A model generated the notes under the pieces. It searched no databases. It saw only the letters and a list, made by a program, of their open reading frames with translations, and was not told the origin of the DNA. A stretch of 64,000 bases of DNA from Dehalococcoidia bacterium (GTDB taxonomy: Bacteria > Chloroflexota > Dehalococcoidia > Lucifugimonadales > UBA3495). Positions within the stretch are counted from its first letter, which is position 1. Every line of letters starts with the position of its first letter. The stretch covers positions 859,740 to 923,739 of the forward strand of contig OZ253548.1 of assembly GCA_965262595.1 (NCBI GenBank), written 5' to 3'. Shown one piece after another: positions 19,167-29,289 of this stretch. The position numbers and the translations under genes are program-made.

Positions 19167-19673
19167 CTACGCGCCGAATTCGGTGCCGACCAGGACGGCC
19201 ACCGGCTTATGGGTACGGTCAGCTTCTTCAATCGCCGTGCTAATTCGTCCAGCATCGTCATCGGTTTCAATCAAATAATAGTTGATACCCCAGGCATGGA
19301 GAATATGCTCAATAAAGCGGGCGGCAGAGTCGCTGGTGACGCCGTGGCGGCTCCAGCCGCGATAGCCGATCAGCATTACCAATGGCTGGTTGATATCCAA
19401 GCCCAATCCGCGAATGGAATCGCCGGACTCGAAAATCCCGGTATTCTGAATCAGGACTATCGGTTTCTTGCCACCGACCCACAGGCCGGCGGCGATGGCC
19501 ATGGTTTCTCCTTCACGGCAGACCGGCACCAAGTCCAGTGAATCTTCTCCCATTAGCAACTGATACATAAAGTTGGTTTCGCTGTCCGGCAGCCAAACCA
19601 CATGAGTGATGTTATTCTTCTTAAGCTCGGCGACAATCGCCGGGGGATGCAGTACCGCTTCTTGAGTTGTCAT
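19167..19673 (-). CDS. sulfopyruvate/phosphonopyruvate decarboxylase-like TPP enzyme, alpha subunit
   Basis: TPP-enzyme N-terminal (pyrimidine-binding) domain: THVVWLPDSETNF...CREGETMAIAAGLWVGGKKPIVLIQNTG. It lies directly upstream of the beta subunit. Confidence 0.75.
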   Translation of the reverse strand: MTTQEAVLHPPAIVAELKKNNITHVVWLPDSETNFMYQLLMGEDSLDLVPVCREGETMAIAAGLWVGGKKPIVLIQNTGIFESGDSIRGLGLDINQPLVMLIGYRGWSRHGVTSDSAARFIEHILHAWGINYYLIETDDDAGRISTAIEEADRTHKPVAVLVGTEFGA

Positions 19674-19855
19674 TGTGTCTCCTTCCGAAGGCCAGATTCG
19701 TTTGAGTCTGCCCCATTATATTAGGGCCTCGCGTAGCTAGTCAACAAACGGGCGCGGCGCCTGGCCCAGCCCTCTCCAGCCAACCCCTTGATTGCACCGG
19801 GCAAGGGGAACTATCCTGGGTCGCAAAAGAGGCCAACGTGCAGGGGGCGGTAAAC

Positions 19856-21250
19856 CTAAAACTCCACGTTCTTGGGAGTACGGGGAAACGGTATTACGTC
19901 CCGGATGTTCTGCATTCCGGTTGCAAACTGCACCGTACGCTCGAATCCCAGGCCGAAACCGGAATGAGGCACGGTTCCATAGCGACGCAAATCCAGATAC
20001 CACCAATAGCTGTCAATATCCAGCCCGGCCTGCTGCATCCGCTCCAGCAAGATGTCCCTGCGTTCCTCCCGTTGGCTGCCGCCGATAATCTCGCCGATTC
20101 TTGGCACCAGCACATCCATAGCGCGCACCGTTTTCCCATCATCATTCACGCGCATGTAGAATGCCTTGATGTCCTTGGGGTAATCGGTGACCACCACCGG
20201 CCTGCCCACCCGTTTTTCGGTGAGGTATCGCTCGTGTTCCGATTGCAAATCGAACCCCCACTCCACCGGAAACTCAAAGGTTTCGCCGGAGCTCTTAAGC
20301 AAGGCCACCGCCTCGGTGTAAGTCAGCCGCTCAAAACTGGAGTTTATGATGCCCTCAAGGGTAGCGATTGTGGATTTGTCGTACCACTGGTTGAAAAATT
20401 CTATTTCCTCCGGGCAAGTATCCAGCGCATAGCTGAAAATATACTTGAGGAAGTCCTCAGCCAGGTCTGCCAGACCATCCAGGTCACAAAAGGCCACCTC
20501 CGGCTCCACCATCCAGAACTCAGCCAGGTGACGCGAGGTGTTGGAATTTTCGGCGCGGAAGGTGGGGCCAAAGGTATATACGTCGGAAAGGGCCAGAGCG
20601 AATATTTCCGCCTCCAACTGGCCGCTGACCGTCAAATAGGTTGGGCGTCCAAAGAAATCTTCCGCGGCGTCCACCGCACCGTCCCGCTTTGGCGGGTCTT
20701 GCAAATCAAGGGTTGTAACCCGGAACATGGAGCCGGCGCCCTCGGCGTCGCTGGCGGTTATCATCGGCGTCTGGATATATTGAAAGCCCCGTTCCTGGTA
20801 GAAGCGGTGAATACCGTAAGCCATTGCATTGCGGACCCGGGCCATCGCCCCAAAAGTGTTGGTACGGGGCCGCAGGTGGGCTATTTCCCGCAAAAACTCC
20901 AGGGTGTGCCGTTTCTTCTGGAGCGGATATTCCTCCGGGTCGGCCCAACCCAGCAACTCGAGGTCCGTCGCTTTGACCTCGTACTTCTGACCCCGACCCA
21001 GGGAGGCGACCAACTCACCGGTAACGCTGATGCTGCAGCCGGTATTTAGCGACGCTGCCAGGGAATAATTCTGCGTGGCTTCCTCAACTACAATCTGGAG
21101 GTCGCCCAGGGTTGAACCGTCGCTGAGTTGGATGAAGGAAACGGCCCCGGAGGAACGGAAGGTCTTGACCCAACCCTGCACCAGGACTTCGCCGCCAGCC
21201 GCTTCCCGATTCAGGATGTCCTTGACTCTGGTACGCTGCATCATCTTCAT
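19856..21250 (-). CDS. asnS: asparagine--tRNA ligase
   Basis: Class IIb aaRS with an N-terminal OB fold. [26 protein letters not shown] and [17 protein letters not shown] are characteristic of AsnRS. Confidence 0.85.
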   Translation of the reverse strand: MKMMQRTRVKDILNREAAGGEVLVQGWVKTFRSSGAVSFIQLSDGSTLGDLQIVVEEATQNYSLAASLNTGCSISVTGELVASLGRGQKYEVKATDLELLGWADPEEYPLQKKRHTLEFLREIAHLRPRTNTFGAMARVRNAMAYGIHRFYQERGFQYIQTPMITASDAEGAGSMFRVTTLDLQDPPKRDGAVDAAEDFFGRPTYLTVSGQLEAEIFALALSDVYTFGPTFRAENSNTSRHLAEFWMVEPEVAFCDLDGLADLAEDFLKYIFSYALDTCPEEIEFFNQWYDKSTIATLEGIINSSFERLTYTEAVALLKSSGETFEFPVEWGFDLQSEHERYLTEKRVGRPVVVTDYPKDIKAFYMRVNDDGKTVRAMDVLVPRIGEIIGGSQREERRDILLERMQQAGLDIDSYWWYLDLRRYGTVPHSGFGLGFERTVQFATGMQNIRDVIPFPRTPKNVEF

Positions 21251-21426
21251 CCTATCCCGATTCTGGCAAAATAGGCTCTAGGCGCGGAGAGGACCAGAAC
21301 TGTAGAAACCACGAGTTGTTGACGCTTTTAGCTGCGAGACGATGCGCCGACAAAACTACCAGTTTGATTATACTTCCAATCACCCAACCGGAATCCGCCG
21401 GCCCCAAGTGCGAACTTGCCCACCCT

Positions 21427-22884
21427 CTAAAGCTCCGGGCGGGCCCGGTGCCATTCCGTTGCCTGCTCGTAAGCAAAGGCAATTCCCAAAAGCCGCTCTT
21501 CGGATAGATGCGGGCCGATAAGCTGCATCCCCACCGGCAGCCCTTCGGAAAAACCACAGGGTATTGAAATGGCGGGCAGCCCGGCAATATTTATTGGCAG
21601 GGTACAAACGTCAATCAGGTACATCTGCAGCGGGTCGGCGGTCCTTGCTCCCAAGGGAAAGGCAACCACCGGCGACGTGGGGGTTACCAGAGCATCCACC
21701 TGCCGGAATACGCGGTCAAAGTCCTGCCGGATTAATGTCCGAACCTGCTGCGCTTTCAGGTAGTAGGCGTCATAGTAGCCGGAGGACAGGGCGTAAGTGC
21801 CCAACATTATCCGCCGCTTGACCTCCGGGCCAAAGCCGTATTGTCGGGTGCTTTCCATCGCTTGCCACATATCCGACGTATCCTGGTAGGAATAGCCATA
21901 CTTAACGCCGTCATAGCGCGCCAGGTTTGCCGAGCATTCGGAAGGAGCAATGATATAGTAGCAGGCCAGGGCGTGTTCCGTGGTTGGCAGGGAAACCGGC
22001 TCCACTGTGGCGCCCAAACCCTCCAGAGTCTTGACGGCGTCCAGCACCGCTGCCTTAACGCCCGGTTCTATCCCTTCAATGAAGTACTCATCAGGAATGC
22101 CCAGCCGGACACTTTCCAGCTTTCCGGTCAGGCCGGCGGTAAAGTCCCGGGCTTCCAGCGGCAAAGAAGTCGAGTCCATCAGGTCATAACCAGCTATGGC
22201 GTTCAAGGTGATAGCGCAGTCCGTTACATCCTTGCTGACCGGTCCAATTTGGTCCAGGGATGAAGCAAAAGCGATCAGCCCATAACGGCTCACCAGCCCA
22301 TAGGTCGGCTTGAGGCCCACCACACCGCAAAGCGCGGCTGGCTGGCGAATGCTGCCCCCGGTATCAGAACCCAGGGCAAAAACCGCCTCGCCGGACGCCA
22401 CCGCTGCGGTCGAACCGCCGCTGCTGCCACCGGGAACCCGCTGTAAATCCCAGGGATTATGGGTTGGGAAGAAGGCTGAGTTTTCGCAGGATGATCCCAT
22501 CGCAAACTCATCCATATTGCCTTTGCCCAGCAGCACCGCGCCCTGGCCGAAAAGTTTCTCGGCTACAGTCGCGCTATAAACCGGCACATAGTTTTCGAGC
22601 ATCCGGGAGGAACAGGTAGTCGGAATGCCCTTGGTGCAAATCAGGTCCTTGAGCTGCATCGGGATGCCCGTCAAAGGACTGGCGGCGCCGGAGGCTAAAA
22701 TGCGGTCGGCGCTTTCGGCCTGTTCCAGCGCAACCTCTTCGGTGACGGTTACGAAGGACTTGACCCGGTCTTCCACCTGCCCAATGCGGTCAAGACACGA
22801 TCGGGTAAGCTCTACCGAACTGAAATCCCGGCGCCGAAGTCCTTCACCGGCAGCGTGAATCGTTAATTGCCAGAGTTCGTTCAA
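21427..22884 (-). CDS. gatA: Asp/Glu-tRNA amidotransferase subunit A
   Basis: The amidase signature is [15 protein letters not shown], the length is 485 aa, and gatC lies immediately upstream. Confidence 0.9.
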   Translation of the reverse strand: MNELWQLTIHAAGEGLRRRDFSSVELTRSCLDRIGQVEDRVKSFVTVTEEVALEQAESADRILASGAASPLTGIPMQLKDLICTKGIPTTCSSRMLENYVPVYSATVAEKLFGQGAVLLGKGNMDEFAMGSSCENSAFFPTHNPWDLQRVPGGSSGGSTAAVASGEAVFALGSDTGGSIRQPAALCGVVGLKPTYGLVSRYGLIAFASSLDQIGPVSKDVTDCAITLNAIAGYDLMDSTSLPLEARDFTAGLTGKLESVRLGIPDEYFIEGIEPGVKAAVLDAVKTLEGLGATVEPVSLPTTEHALACYYIIAPSECSANLARYDGVKYGYSYQDTSDMWQAMESTRQYGFGPEVKRRIMLGTYALSSGYYDAYYLKAQQVRTLIRQDFDRVFRQVDALVTPTSPVVAFPLGARTADPLQMYLIDVCTLPINIAGLPAISIPCGFSEGLPVGMQLIGPHLSEERLLGIAFAYEQATEWHRARPEL

Positions 22885-22889
22885 CCGGC

Positions 22890-23180
22890 TTACTCCTCGA
22901 GAATCGCCTTAACCCGGAAAAAATCTCCTTCCTGCCTGGGGGCGTTGCGCAGCGTTTCTTCCGGATTCAGGGGCTGCCCGGCTATGTCGTCGCGCATAAC
23001 CGTATCCAGATCCACCGCATGGCCGGTCGGCGTTACCGATCGGGTATCCAACTCCTTCAACCGCTCAAATTGCTCCAGGATATTGGAAAGCTGTTCCCGA
23101 AAAGTTTCAATTTCTTCCTCGGTCAAACCGATACGAGCCAAGACGGCAATGTGTTCAACTTCGGCGCGATCCAGAGCCAT
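22890..23180 (-). CDS. gatC: Asp/Glu-tRNA amidotransferase subunit C
   Basis: 96 aa. [29 protein letters not shown] is typical GatC. The gene ends 5 nt upstream of gatA. Confidence 0.85.
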   Translation of the reverse strand: MALDRAEVEHIAVLARIGLTEEEIETFREQLSNILEQFERLKELDTRSVTPTGHAVDLDTVMRDDIAGQPLNPEETLRNAPRQEGDFFRVKAILEE

Positions 23181-23352
23181 GGCTATTCTATTGCTCCAAC
23201 ATTTTCAAGTTCAGCTCAAGGTTCTGAGTCACTTCTGCGGGTCACATCCCACGTTTTCGGCATACCGAACCAATTTGCCTTGAGCACCAAGCCACGGAAT
23301 AATTCTACCGGGTACGAATTTCCCCCAAGCAGAGGAAACACCCCGCTATTGG

Positions 23353-24204
23353 CTAGTTCATTTCCGAGCCGCCGGATACGCTGATCGACAATCCGGTCAT
23401 ATAATCGGATTCCCCGGAAGACAGGAAAGCGGCCATTTTGGCAATGTCATCGCCCTGGGCTATCCGCCCCATTGGGACCCTGGTTGACCTTTCTCGCACC
23501 ATCAAAGCCCGGTGCTCCTCCGCCGACTGCCCTTCACCCGCCAGGGCGGCGGCGATAAAGTCCACTCGCTCGGTATCCACCAGGCCGGGGCAAATGGCGT
23601 TGACGTTTACCCGATGCGGCGCCATCTCCTGGGCCAATGCCTGGGTAAATCCCACCAGCGCAAACTTGGAAGCGCAATAAACGGCGTAACGGGCAATTCC
23701 CCGCTTTCCGGCGCCGGAGGAAATGATGATGATCTTGCCCCCCTGGTTGCGCGCAACCATGTGGCGCGCCACCGCCCGGGAGCACAAGTAGGTGCCACGG
23801 ACGTTTACCCGCATCACTTCATCAAATGCCTCCTCTTCCAACTCGACAACGGGCACCCGGTCGCGGCCGGGCCGGGATCCGGCATTGTTAACTAAAATGT
23901 CTATCTGCCCGAACTGCTCCAGGACCTGTCCGACCATTTGATCGACCTGGGCGCTGTCGGAAACGTCGGAAAATAGACCCAGGGATTGTCGGCCTGCCGC
24001 CTCAATTTCCTTAACTACACTGGGCAATCCTTCCCATCCTTCCTGGCGGTCCTCCGGTCGGATTGCGTCCAGGGACTGAGGGATGTCGGTAACAACCACG
24101 TCCGCACCCTCCTGAGCCAGTCGGGTGGCTATGGCGCGGCCGATTCCGTGCCGCCCGCCGGCGCCGGTAACAACTGCCACTTTGCCGCTGAGGTCATACA
24201 TCAT
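23353..24204 (-). CDS. SDR-family oxidoreductase
   Basis: TGAGGRHGIGRA glycine motif, NNAG, and the catalytic YCASKFA (YxxxK). Confidence 0.8.
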   Translation of the reverse strand: MMYDLSGKVAVVTGAGGRHGIGRAIATRLAQEGADVVVTDIPQSLDAIRPEDRQEGWEGLPSVVKEIEAAGRQSLGLFSDVSDSAQVDQMVGQVLEQFGQIDILVNNAGSRPGRDRVPVVELEEEAFDEVMRVNVRGTYLCSRAVARHMVARNQGGKIIIISSGAGKRGIARYAVYCASKFALVGFTQALAQEMAPHRVNVNAICPGLVDTERVDFIAAALAGEGQSAEEHRALMVRERSTRVPMGRIAQGDDIAKMAAFLSSGESDYMTGLSISVSGGSEMN

Positions 24205-24399
24205 TAACCAGCCCTTTCCGTCACAAAATTAGTTAATACGCCAATAATAGCCCGCGTCGGACGGGATTAACTTACTTGGCAGCTTGGGTCACCGGATAGT
24301 CAAACTCGGTCGGTTGAACCTCGTGAGGCAAACATTACAGCGAAGGTAATGCTGCCCAGAACAGGCGCCGCCCGGCGTGCTGCCGGCATCGCCCATAGG

Positions 24400-24846
24400 T
24401 TAACTGCTGCCGGGTAGAACGAGGAGGGCAGTACCGCCGATGTAACGTTCCCCCGCCGCTCCGGTCATCAGCACATCGCACTCTATCAGGTTCTCGCCGT
24501 TCTCCTGGCGGGTATCGGTGACCGTGGCGGAAATCAGCAGGGGCTTGTTATGGGGCACCGGCTGGCGGAACACCAGGTCCAGGTCTTTCAGAGACTCCGG
24601 GCCGGCCCAATCGGTCAGGGCCTGGCTCATTATAGCCATACTCATCACGCCGGGAATTATGGGGCCGGGAAGACCGGAGGCTTCGGCCAATTCCTGGTCG
24701 GTAAACCGATTGGGCATCGGATTGCCCCAAAGTTCACAGAAGGTCAGCACTCTTTCGTCGGAAGCGACCAATTCCACCGGACCGATCTCATCGCCCAGCT
24801 CAATGTCTTCAAAGTGAAGAGTGTTTCCTTGATTGATAGCATTCAT
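24400..24846 (-). CDS. MaoC-like (R)-hydratase hotdog protein
   Basis: 148-aa hotdog-fold pattern, paired with the N-terminal-type MaoC gene upstream. Confidence 0.6.
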   Translation of the reverse strand: MNAINQGNTLHFEDIELGDEIGPVELVASDERVLTFCELWGNPMPNRFTDQELAEASGLPGPIIPGVMSMAIMSQALTDWAGPESLKDLDLVFRQPVPHNKPLLISATVTDTRQENGENLIECDVLMTGAAGERYIGGTALLVLPGSS

Positions 24847-24855
24847 GGTTAAACT

Positions 24856-25305
24856 TTACTCTCGGGCGGCATAAGATTCCTGCACGTCGGCTACCACCGT
24901 ACCATCCTGGTTACGAAAGGTAGTTTCCCAGACCACAAAGACCATCGTGCCACTGCGGCCGGTCTTGGGATAAACTTCTTTCAGGTGCGACGATGCGGTG
25001 ATGCTGTCACCGGCAAAAATGGGGGCGCGAGCCTGTACCCGCTGACCGGCGTGAAAACGGTTACTGCCAAACTTCAGGTCAATATCGGGGAGTTCAACCT
25101 TTCGAACCAACAGCGTGCAGAAGGTTGGAGGAGCTAGAATACCGGAGTAGCCCGCAGCCCGCGCCGCGTCCACATCAGTAAATACCGGGTTGGATTCGCC
25201 GACGCTACGGTTAAAAGTTTGAATAAGTTCACTGGTGATCTCGAAAGGCCCCGCCTGATGCTCCACGCCGTATAGGTCTCGGTTATATTCCAATTGCAAA
25301 GTCAT
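24856..25305 (-). CDS. MaoC/FAS1-like dehydratase N-terminal-type hotdog protein
   Basis: 149 aa. FNRSVGESNPVFTDVDAARAAGYSGILAPPTF is typical of this family. It probably forms a heterodimer with the downstream partner. Confidence 0.6.
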   Translation of the reverse strand: MTLQLEYNRDLYGVEHQAGPFEITSELIQTFNRSVGESNPVFTDVDAARAAGYSGILAPPTFCTLLVRKVELPDIDLKFGSNRFHAGQRVQARAPIFAGDSITASSHLKEVYPKTGRSGTMVFVVWETTFRNQDGTVVADVQESYAARE

Positions 25306-25396
25306 TGCTCACTCCTGATTATCCGGTAGCAGAGCCATCTCAAGGTTAACATCATCTCAAATGATATGTTCACAACGATGACAGTAGAATGCGGCG

Positions 25397-26047
25397 TCAG
25401 CTCCGCTTGGTATCCTCCATCCAGACCGGCGCAAAGTCACGCGAAAGAAGAGCGTCAACCAATTCCCGTTCGTTATCTATTTCCGTAGGGAAGGAGGTGA
25501 GGCAGGCCCCGATATGGCTGGCCAGATGTGCGTCGCTGCCGCCGGTACCCAGATAATTTTCCTGAAGACACAGGCTATCCGCTCGCTCATTTTCTCCGGC
25601 GCGACTACCACCATTGAGACGCTCCACGGTATGCACGTCGTTAAAAGCCTCGCCTTGTTCCATATAGTCCACCAAGCCAATCCCGAAACGTCCAGGGTGG
25701 GCGGGTATGGCAATGGCATTATGATGACGCGCCACCCGCATCAGCTCCCTGGCATCCATCCGCACGTCGGCCAGGTTAATCTCCCTGGATAATGCCTCGG
25801 TGACGCCGTAAACGAGAAAATGGCCGTAGCGGGTGTCAAGCTCCGACCCCTTATAGATACGGACATCGTACTCTGCCGCTAACTGAGAATAATCCTTGTC
25901 GAAGTCGAACTTGCGGTGTTCGGTAAGAACAAAACCATCCACGACGAAACCGCGCTTTCGCAGCACCTGAATAAACTTGACGTATTGCAATACTGTGGCC
26001 CGGGAATCATCGGAAGATACGGAATGGCTATGCAGGTCCAAGTACAT
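25397..26047 (-). CDS. PHP-domain metal-dependent phosphoesterase
   Basis: MYLDLHSHSVSSDD...AHPGR...GGSDAHL gives the His/Asp pattern of PHP domains. Confidence 0.7.
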   Translation of the reverse strand: MYLDLHSHSVSSDDSRATVLQYVKFIQVLRKRGFVVDGFVLTEHRKFDFDKDYSQLAAEYDVRIYKGSELDTRYGHFLVYGVTEALSREINLADVRMDARELMRVARHHNAIAIPAHPGRFGIGLVDYMEQGEAFNDVHTVERLNGGSRAGENERADSLCLQENYLGTGGSDAHLASHIGACLTSFPTEIDNERELVDALLSRDFAPVWMEDTKRS

Positions 26048-26310
26048 CCGGCAGCTATCGCCCTCCTTGCGTTTGGCAGGTCAATATGCAGCGACTACGT
26101 GCCGACACACTCTTTCCCGCCTTAACCACAAAAATACATTGGCGGCCCAAGCGGGTATTTCCGATGCGCTGCTTCGATTGCATTTTTGGAAAAGCGGCCA
26201 ATATGGCTACGGCTCCATATTAACCTTTGGGGACCAATTCATCAACCGGCTTTCCGGCCATCCGGCTTAGCCCAATACGGTACAATCCGCCCGGCTCCCA
26301 ATGCGGCCGC

Positions 26311-27084
26311 TCAGCCGCGCATGGCCTGGAGAAAGCCGTCGCCGCCGCCGCGTATCATGTCCTGAGCCCCAACCGAAAGAATCTGCACGCCTCGCCCGGC
26401 GAAGTGCCGGAAGCGCTCAATATTGTTCAAGGACATTCCGGCTCCGGCCACTCCTACTGCTTTGCCCTCGGCTTTTGCCCCCTCAATAACCCGGCCGATC
26501 GCCGCGTCTAAGTCGGCGGCGCCGGCCATACCCATGGTCTGAGTCAAGTCGCTGCTGCCCACCAACACGGCGTCAATACCGGGGACGGCGGCAATTTGGC
26601 GCACATTTTCTACCGCTTCCGGCGTTTCAATCATTACGATAACCAGGGTTTCCCGATTGGCTGCGGCGTAATATTCCGGCGTGGAGAGTCCTGCGCCGAA
26701 AAGATTAGTTCGGCCCCCGGTGGCGCTGCTGCGGTCGCCCATCGGGTAATACCGGGAGGCTTGAGCTACACCCTCGGCTTCAGCACGGTTGGATATGTGG
26801 GGAACAATGATGCCTTGCGCCCCTCGGTCAAGGAAACGAAGGATGGTAGAAGGGTAGGCGTTGGGTATCCGCACGATGGGAGTAAGATCATAAAGTTCGG
26901 CGGCACGCACCATGTTTTCCGTTTCGGAATCGTTGGACGAACCATGCTCACAGTCAATCCAGACCCAGTCGAATCCCATCACGCCATAGAGTTCTACCAG
27001 GCCCGGAGCGTAGAAATTGATGCTCGCCCCGATTGCCACTTGGCCTTCATTGAGCTTTGCCTTTGTCTTGTTGCTGCGAACCAT
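26311..27084 (-). CDS. HpcH/HpaI-family aldolase
   Basis: 257 aa. FDWVWIDCEHGS and VRIPN...RFLDRGAQGIIVPH are class II aldolase motifs. Confidence 0.75.
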   Translation of the reverse strand: MVRSNKTKAKLNEGQVAIGASINFYAPGLVELYGVMGFDWVWIDCEHGSSNDSETENMVRAAELYDLTPIVRIPNAYPSTILRFLDRGAQGIIVPHISNRAEAEGVAQASRYYPMGDRSSATGGRTNLFGAGLSTPEYYAAANRETLVIVMIETPEAVENVRQIAAVPGIDAVLVGSSDLTQTMGMAGAADLDAAIGRVIEGAKAEGKAVGVAGAGMSLNNIERFRHFAGRGVQILSVGAQDMIRGGGDGFLQAMRG

Positions 27085-27229
27085 GTTATCTACTAACTCC
27101 CTATGTGGGCTCCCGGCCGCAAAAACTCAGGAACCTTTGACGATTTGGCTAACCGCTCCCAATGCTCAGCCCAATTTCGGTTGAACCCGCCAGGCAAAAA
27201 GTCGGGAAAGAGGAAGCGCCGTTTCAAAA

Positions 27230-27812
27230 AAGTGGAGGGAACCAGGAAAACCTGTAAGCCGGGTTCTGTATCCCGCCGGCGTTGCCGCGCCGCCAAAAAG
27301 TATTGGCGGTGTGCACCGGACGGGCGGTGACCATCTATCTAGCCCCCAGGCGGTAGTCTTGAGGCTACCGTCCGGCCCAGCGCGCCAAAATGGCGCCGGA
27401 CAACGTTGCCGTCAGGGTCAAGCAGCCAACCCGGGGACGAGCCGGACGCCCATAGTCCCCCTATTCGGCCTTGCTCCAGGTGGGGTTTAGCCGTCGCTGT
27501 GTCACCACAGACGACCGGACGCTCTTACCGTCCGATTTCAACCTTACCGCCGGATTTACCCACTCCCGTTGTTCTGCTGAAAAGCGATCGGAAATGCCAT
27601 AGAGTTTTTAGACTTTTCGGCCATTGAGGGGAGCAATAGAACCCGGAGGCGGTATGTTTCTGTGCCACTATCCGTCCCCTGAGGCAACAGCTAAGTCGCC
27701 ACAGGAGCCTGGGCGTTACCCAGCACCCTGTCCAGTGGAGCCCGGACTTTCCTCCCCAAAGAGGTTGCCCCCAATGCGGCGGTCACCCGGTTCGCCTGGC
27801 CTCTCCAGCCGC
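27230..27812 (-). ncRNA. rnpB: RNase P RNA, bacterial type A, unusually long (ends approximate)
   Basis: The reverse complement contains GGAGGAAAGTCCGGGCTCC (27756..27738) and GGCTAAACCCCACCTGGAGCAAGGCCGAATAGGGGG (27492..27457). It also contains ACAGAACCCGGCTTA (27269..27255). A P1-like pairing joins GGAGAGGCCAGG (27806..27795) with CCTGGTTCCCTCC (27246..27234). Confidence 0.9.
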
Positions 27813-28255
27813 ACTCTAGCACAAGCCCATAGGGGGGTCAAGGAATGACCCGCTCTTTCCAGAGTCTTCCTAAGGCCCTTATTCCGGTACCTAGCCGTTC
27901 ATCCTGAGCTTTTCGAAGGGCCGGCTCATGCACCTGCCCACCTTTCGCCTGTCGAAGGACAGCCCGCGCCAACGGCGGCTTTCCGGGCCGGCAAATAGAC
28001 CCTGCCGTTCCCTGCAAGGTCAATGGGCTGCCGAAGATGATGCCGACTTTTCGGCCAGCCTGGTCCACCGGGTTTACCGATGGCAGCAACAGGAATGGGT
28101 GAACGAGAGGTTACGCAAAAGGGAGAATGAGGCAGGGTGACAGCCAAAATACTGAGGCGGGGATATCCAGCGGAGCCAGTTCAAGAACCGTCTGTCAGAG
28201 CGAATCTGCTCGTCCGGCGCTTATAGGAAAACAGCCTCGGACAGTGGAGGTTCTA

Positions 28256-28957
28256 CTAACCGGCCAGAAGCATCCTGCCGCAACTATTGCAAAGAACGGT
28301 TTGGCGGCCGGATTTCACTTTCTGCAAATGCTGGGTAGGCAAGGACATTCGGCATGCCTGACAGAGTCCGCGAACCACCTGCGCCACTGCCTGTCCGCCC
28401 TTATTCCGCCGCAACCCCTCGTAGGAGTTGAGCTGGATGGAGTCCACTCCGGCGGCCAAAGCGGTCCGTTCTTTGATTAGCGACCGCTGCCGACCGGTCA
28501 ATTCTACAAGCTGTTGAGAAAGTTCGGCCTGTCGCGTCTCCCAAGCTTCCTGGGTATCGGCCAATTCCTTCTCCAGGGACTCGATTCTGGACCGCAAATC
28601 CTGAGCCTGTAGGGAAAACTCGAGGAGTTTTACGTCTTGTTGTTCCACCTGATGCCGGACGTTGTTGGCTTCCAGCTGCAGGGCTTCCAAGTCTCGCGGG
28701 TTGGCTACATCTCCGCCATAAAGCTGCGTGTCCAGGTGGGAGGAGCGCTGCCGCTGACTGTCCGTCTCCAGTTGCAGGTCCCGGTGGCCGTTCTGAATTT
28801 CCTGCAACTTAACTCTGGCTTGCTCCAGGGATTCTTCAATTTGGCCCAGGGTTAAGCGTCCTTCCAATTCCCGCTCTACCACAACTAACCGGGCATTGAC
28901 GCCATCCAACAAAAGGTCCAATTCCTGCAAGGAATACAGTAATCTGACGGTAGTCAT
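28256..28957 (-). CDS. C4-type zinc-ribbon coiled-coil protein (COG1579/DUF164-like)
   Basis: A long coiled coil is followed by CQACRMSLP...LCNSCGRML. The likely start is the ATG at 28957 (MTTVRLLYSLQELD). The gene lies upstream of rnpB, an arrangement I recall from other bacteria. Confidence 0.7.
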   Translation of the reverse strand: MTTVRLLYSLQELDLLLDGVNARLVVVERELEGRLTLGQIEESLEQARVKLQEIQNGHRDLQLETDSQRQRSSHLDTQLYGGDVANPRDLEALQLEANNVRHQVEQQDVKLLEFSLQAQDLRSRIESLEKELADTQEAWETRQAELSQQLVELTGRQRSLIKERTALAAGVDSIQLNSYEGLRRNKGGQAVAQVVRGLCQACRMSLPTQHLQKVKSGRQTVLCNSCGRMLLAG

Positions 28958-29289
28958 CTGAGCCTGCCTGAAGTTTCCAAAGATTATCGGTTGATAGACT
29001 GATTCTATTGACCCGGGCCCAGCATTGTCAATGATAATCAACGATTGCAACCTGTACCCTCGATAGTCGCAGACATTCTCTATGGCCGGTTTAGGGTATC
29101 CTTCAGACCGAAGTATGTTTTCCGAGGTACCGCACCCTTTCTGTTATACTTCCGAGTATATCTTCGGGGAGGCTCCACCTTGTTGGCCGTTCCCGCCATC
29201 AGCCGATTTTAGCTTGGAATGAACCAGGGGTTGTGCTCCAGGTTGGTCTAAACCCAGACTTGGGCATGCGCTACCAACCAAGGCGGTAT

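Noticed and set aside
19838-21049. 403-aa ORF on the plus strand, antisense to asnS
   Set aside because: It lies entirely inside the well-supported AsnRS gene on the opposite strand. Its composition is low-complexity and Gly/Arg/His-rich, with no motifs. This is a typical shadow ORF of GC-rich DNA.
21427-23180. gatCA without gatB, together with a stand-alone asnS, as a possible anomaly
   Set aside because: gatB is commonly encoded elsewhere. GatCAB is still needed for Gln-tRNA formation when GlnRS is absent, so coexistence with AsnRS is ordinary.
27838-28147. 83-aa and 73-aa minus-strand ORFs between the Zn-ribbon gene and rnpB
   Set aside because: They have no RBS or motifs, they overlap each other, and they sit in the region immediately 5' of the RNase P RNA. 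They are probably non-coding.
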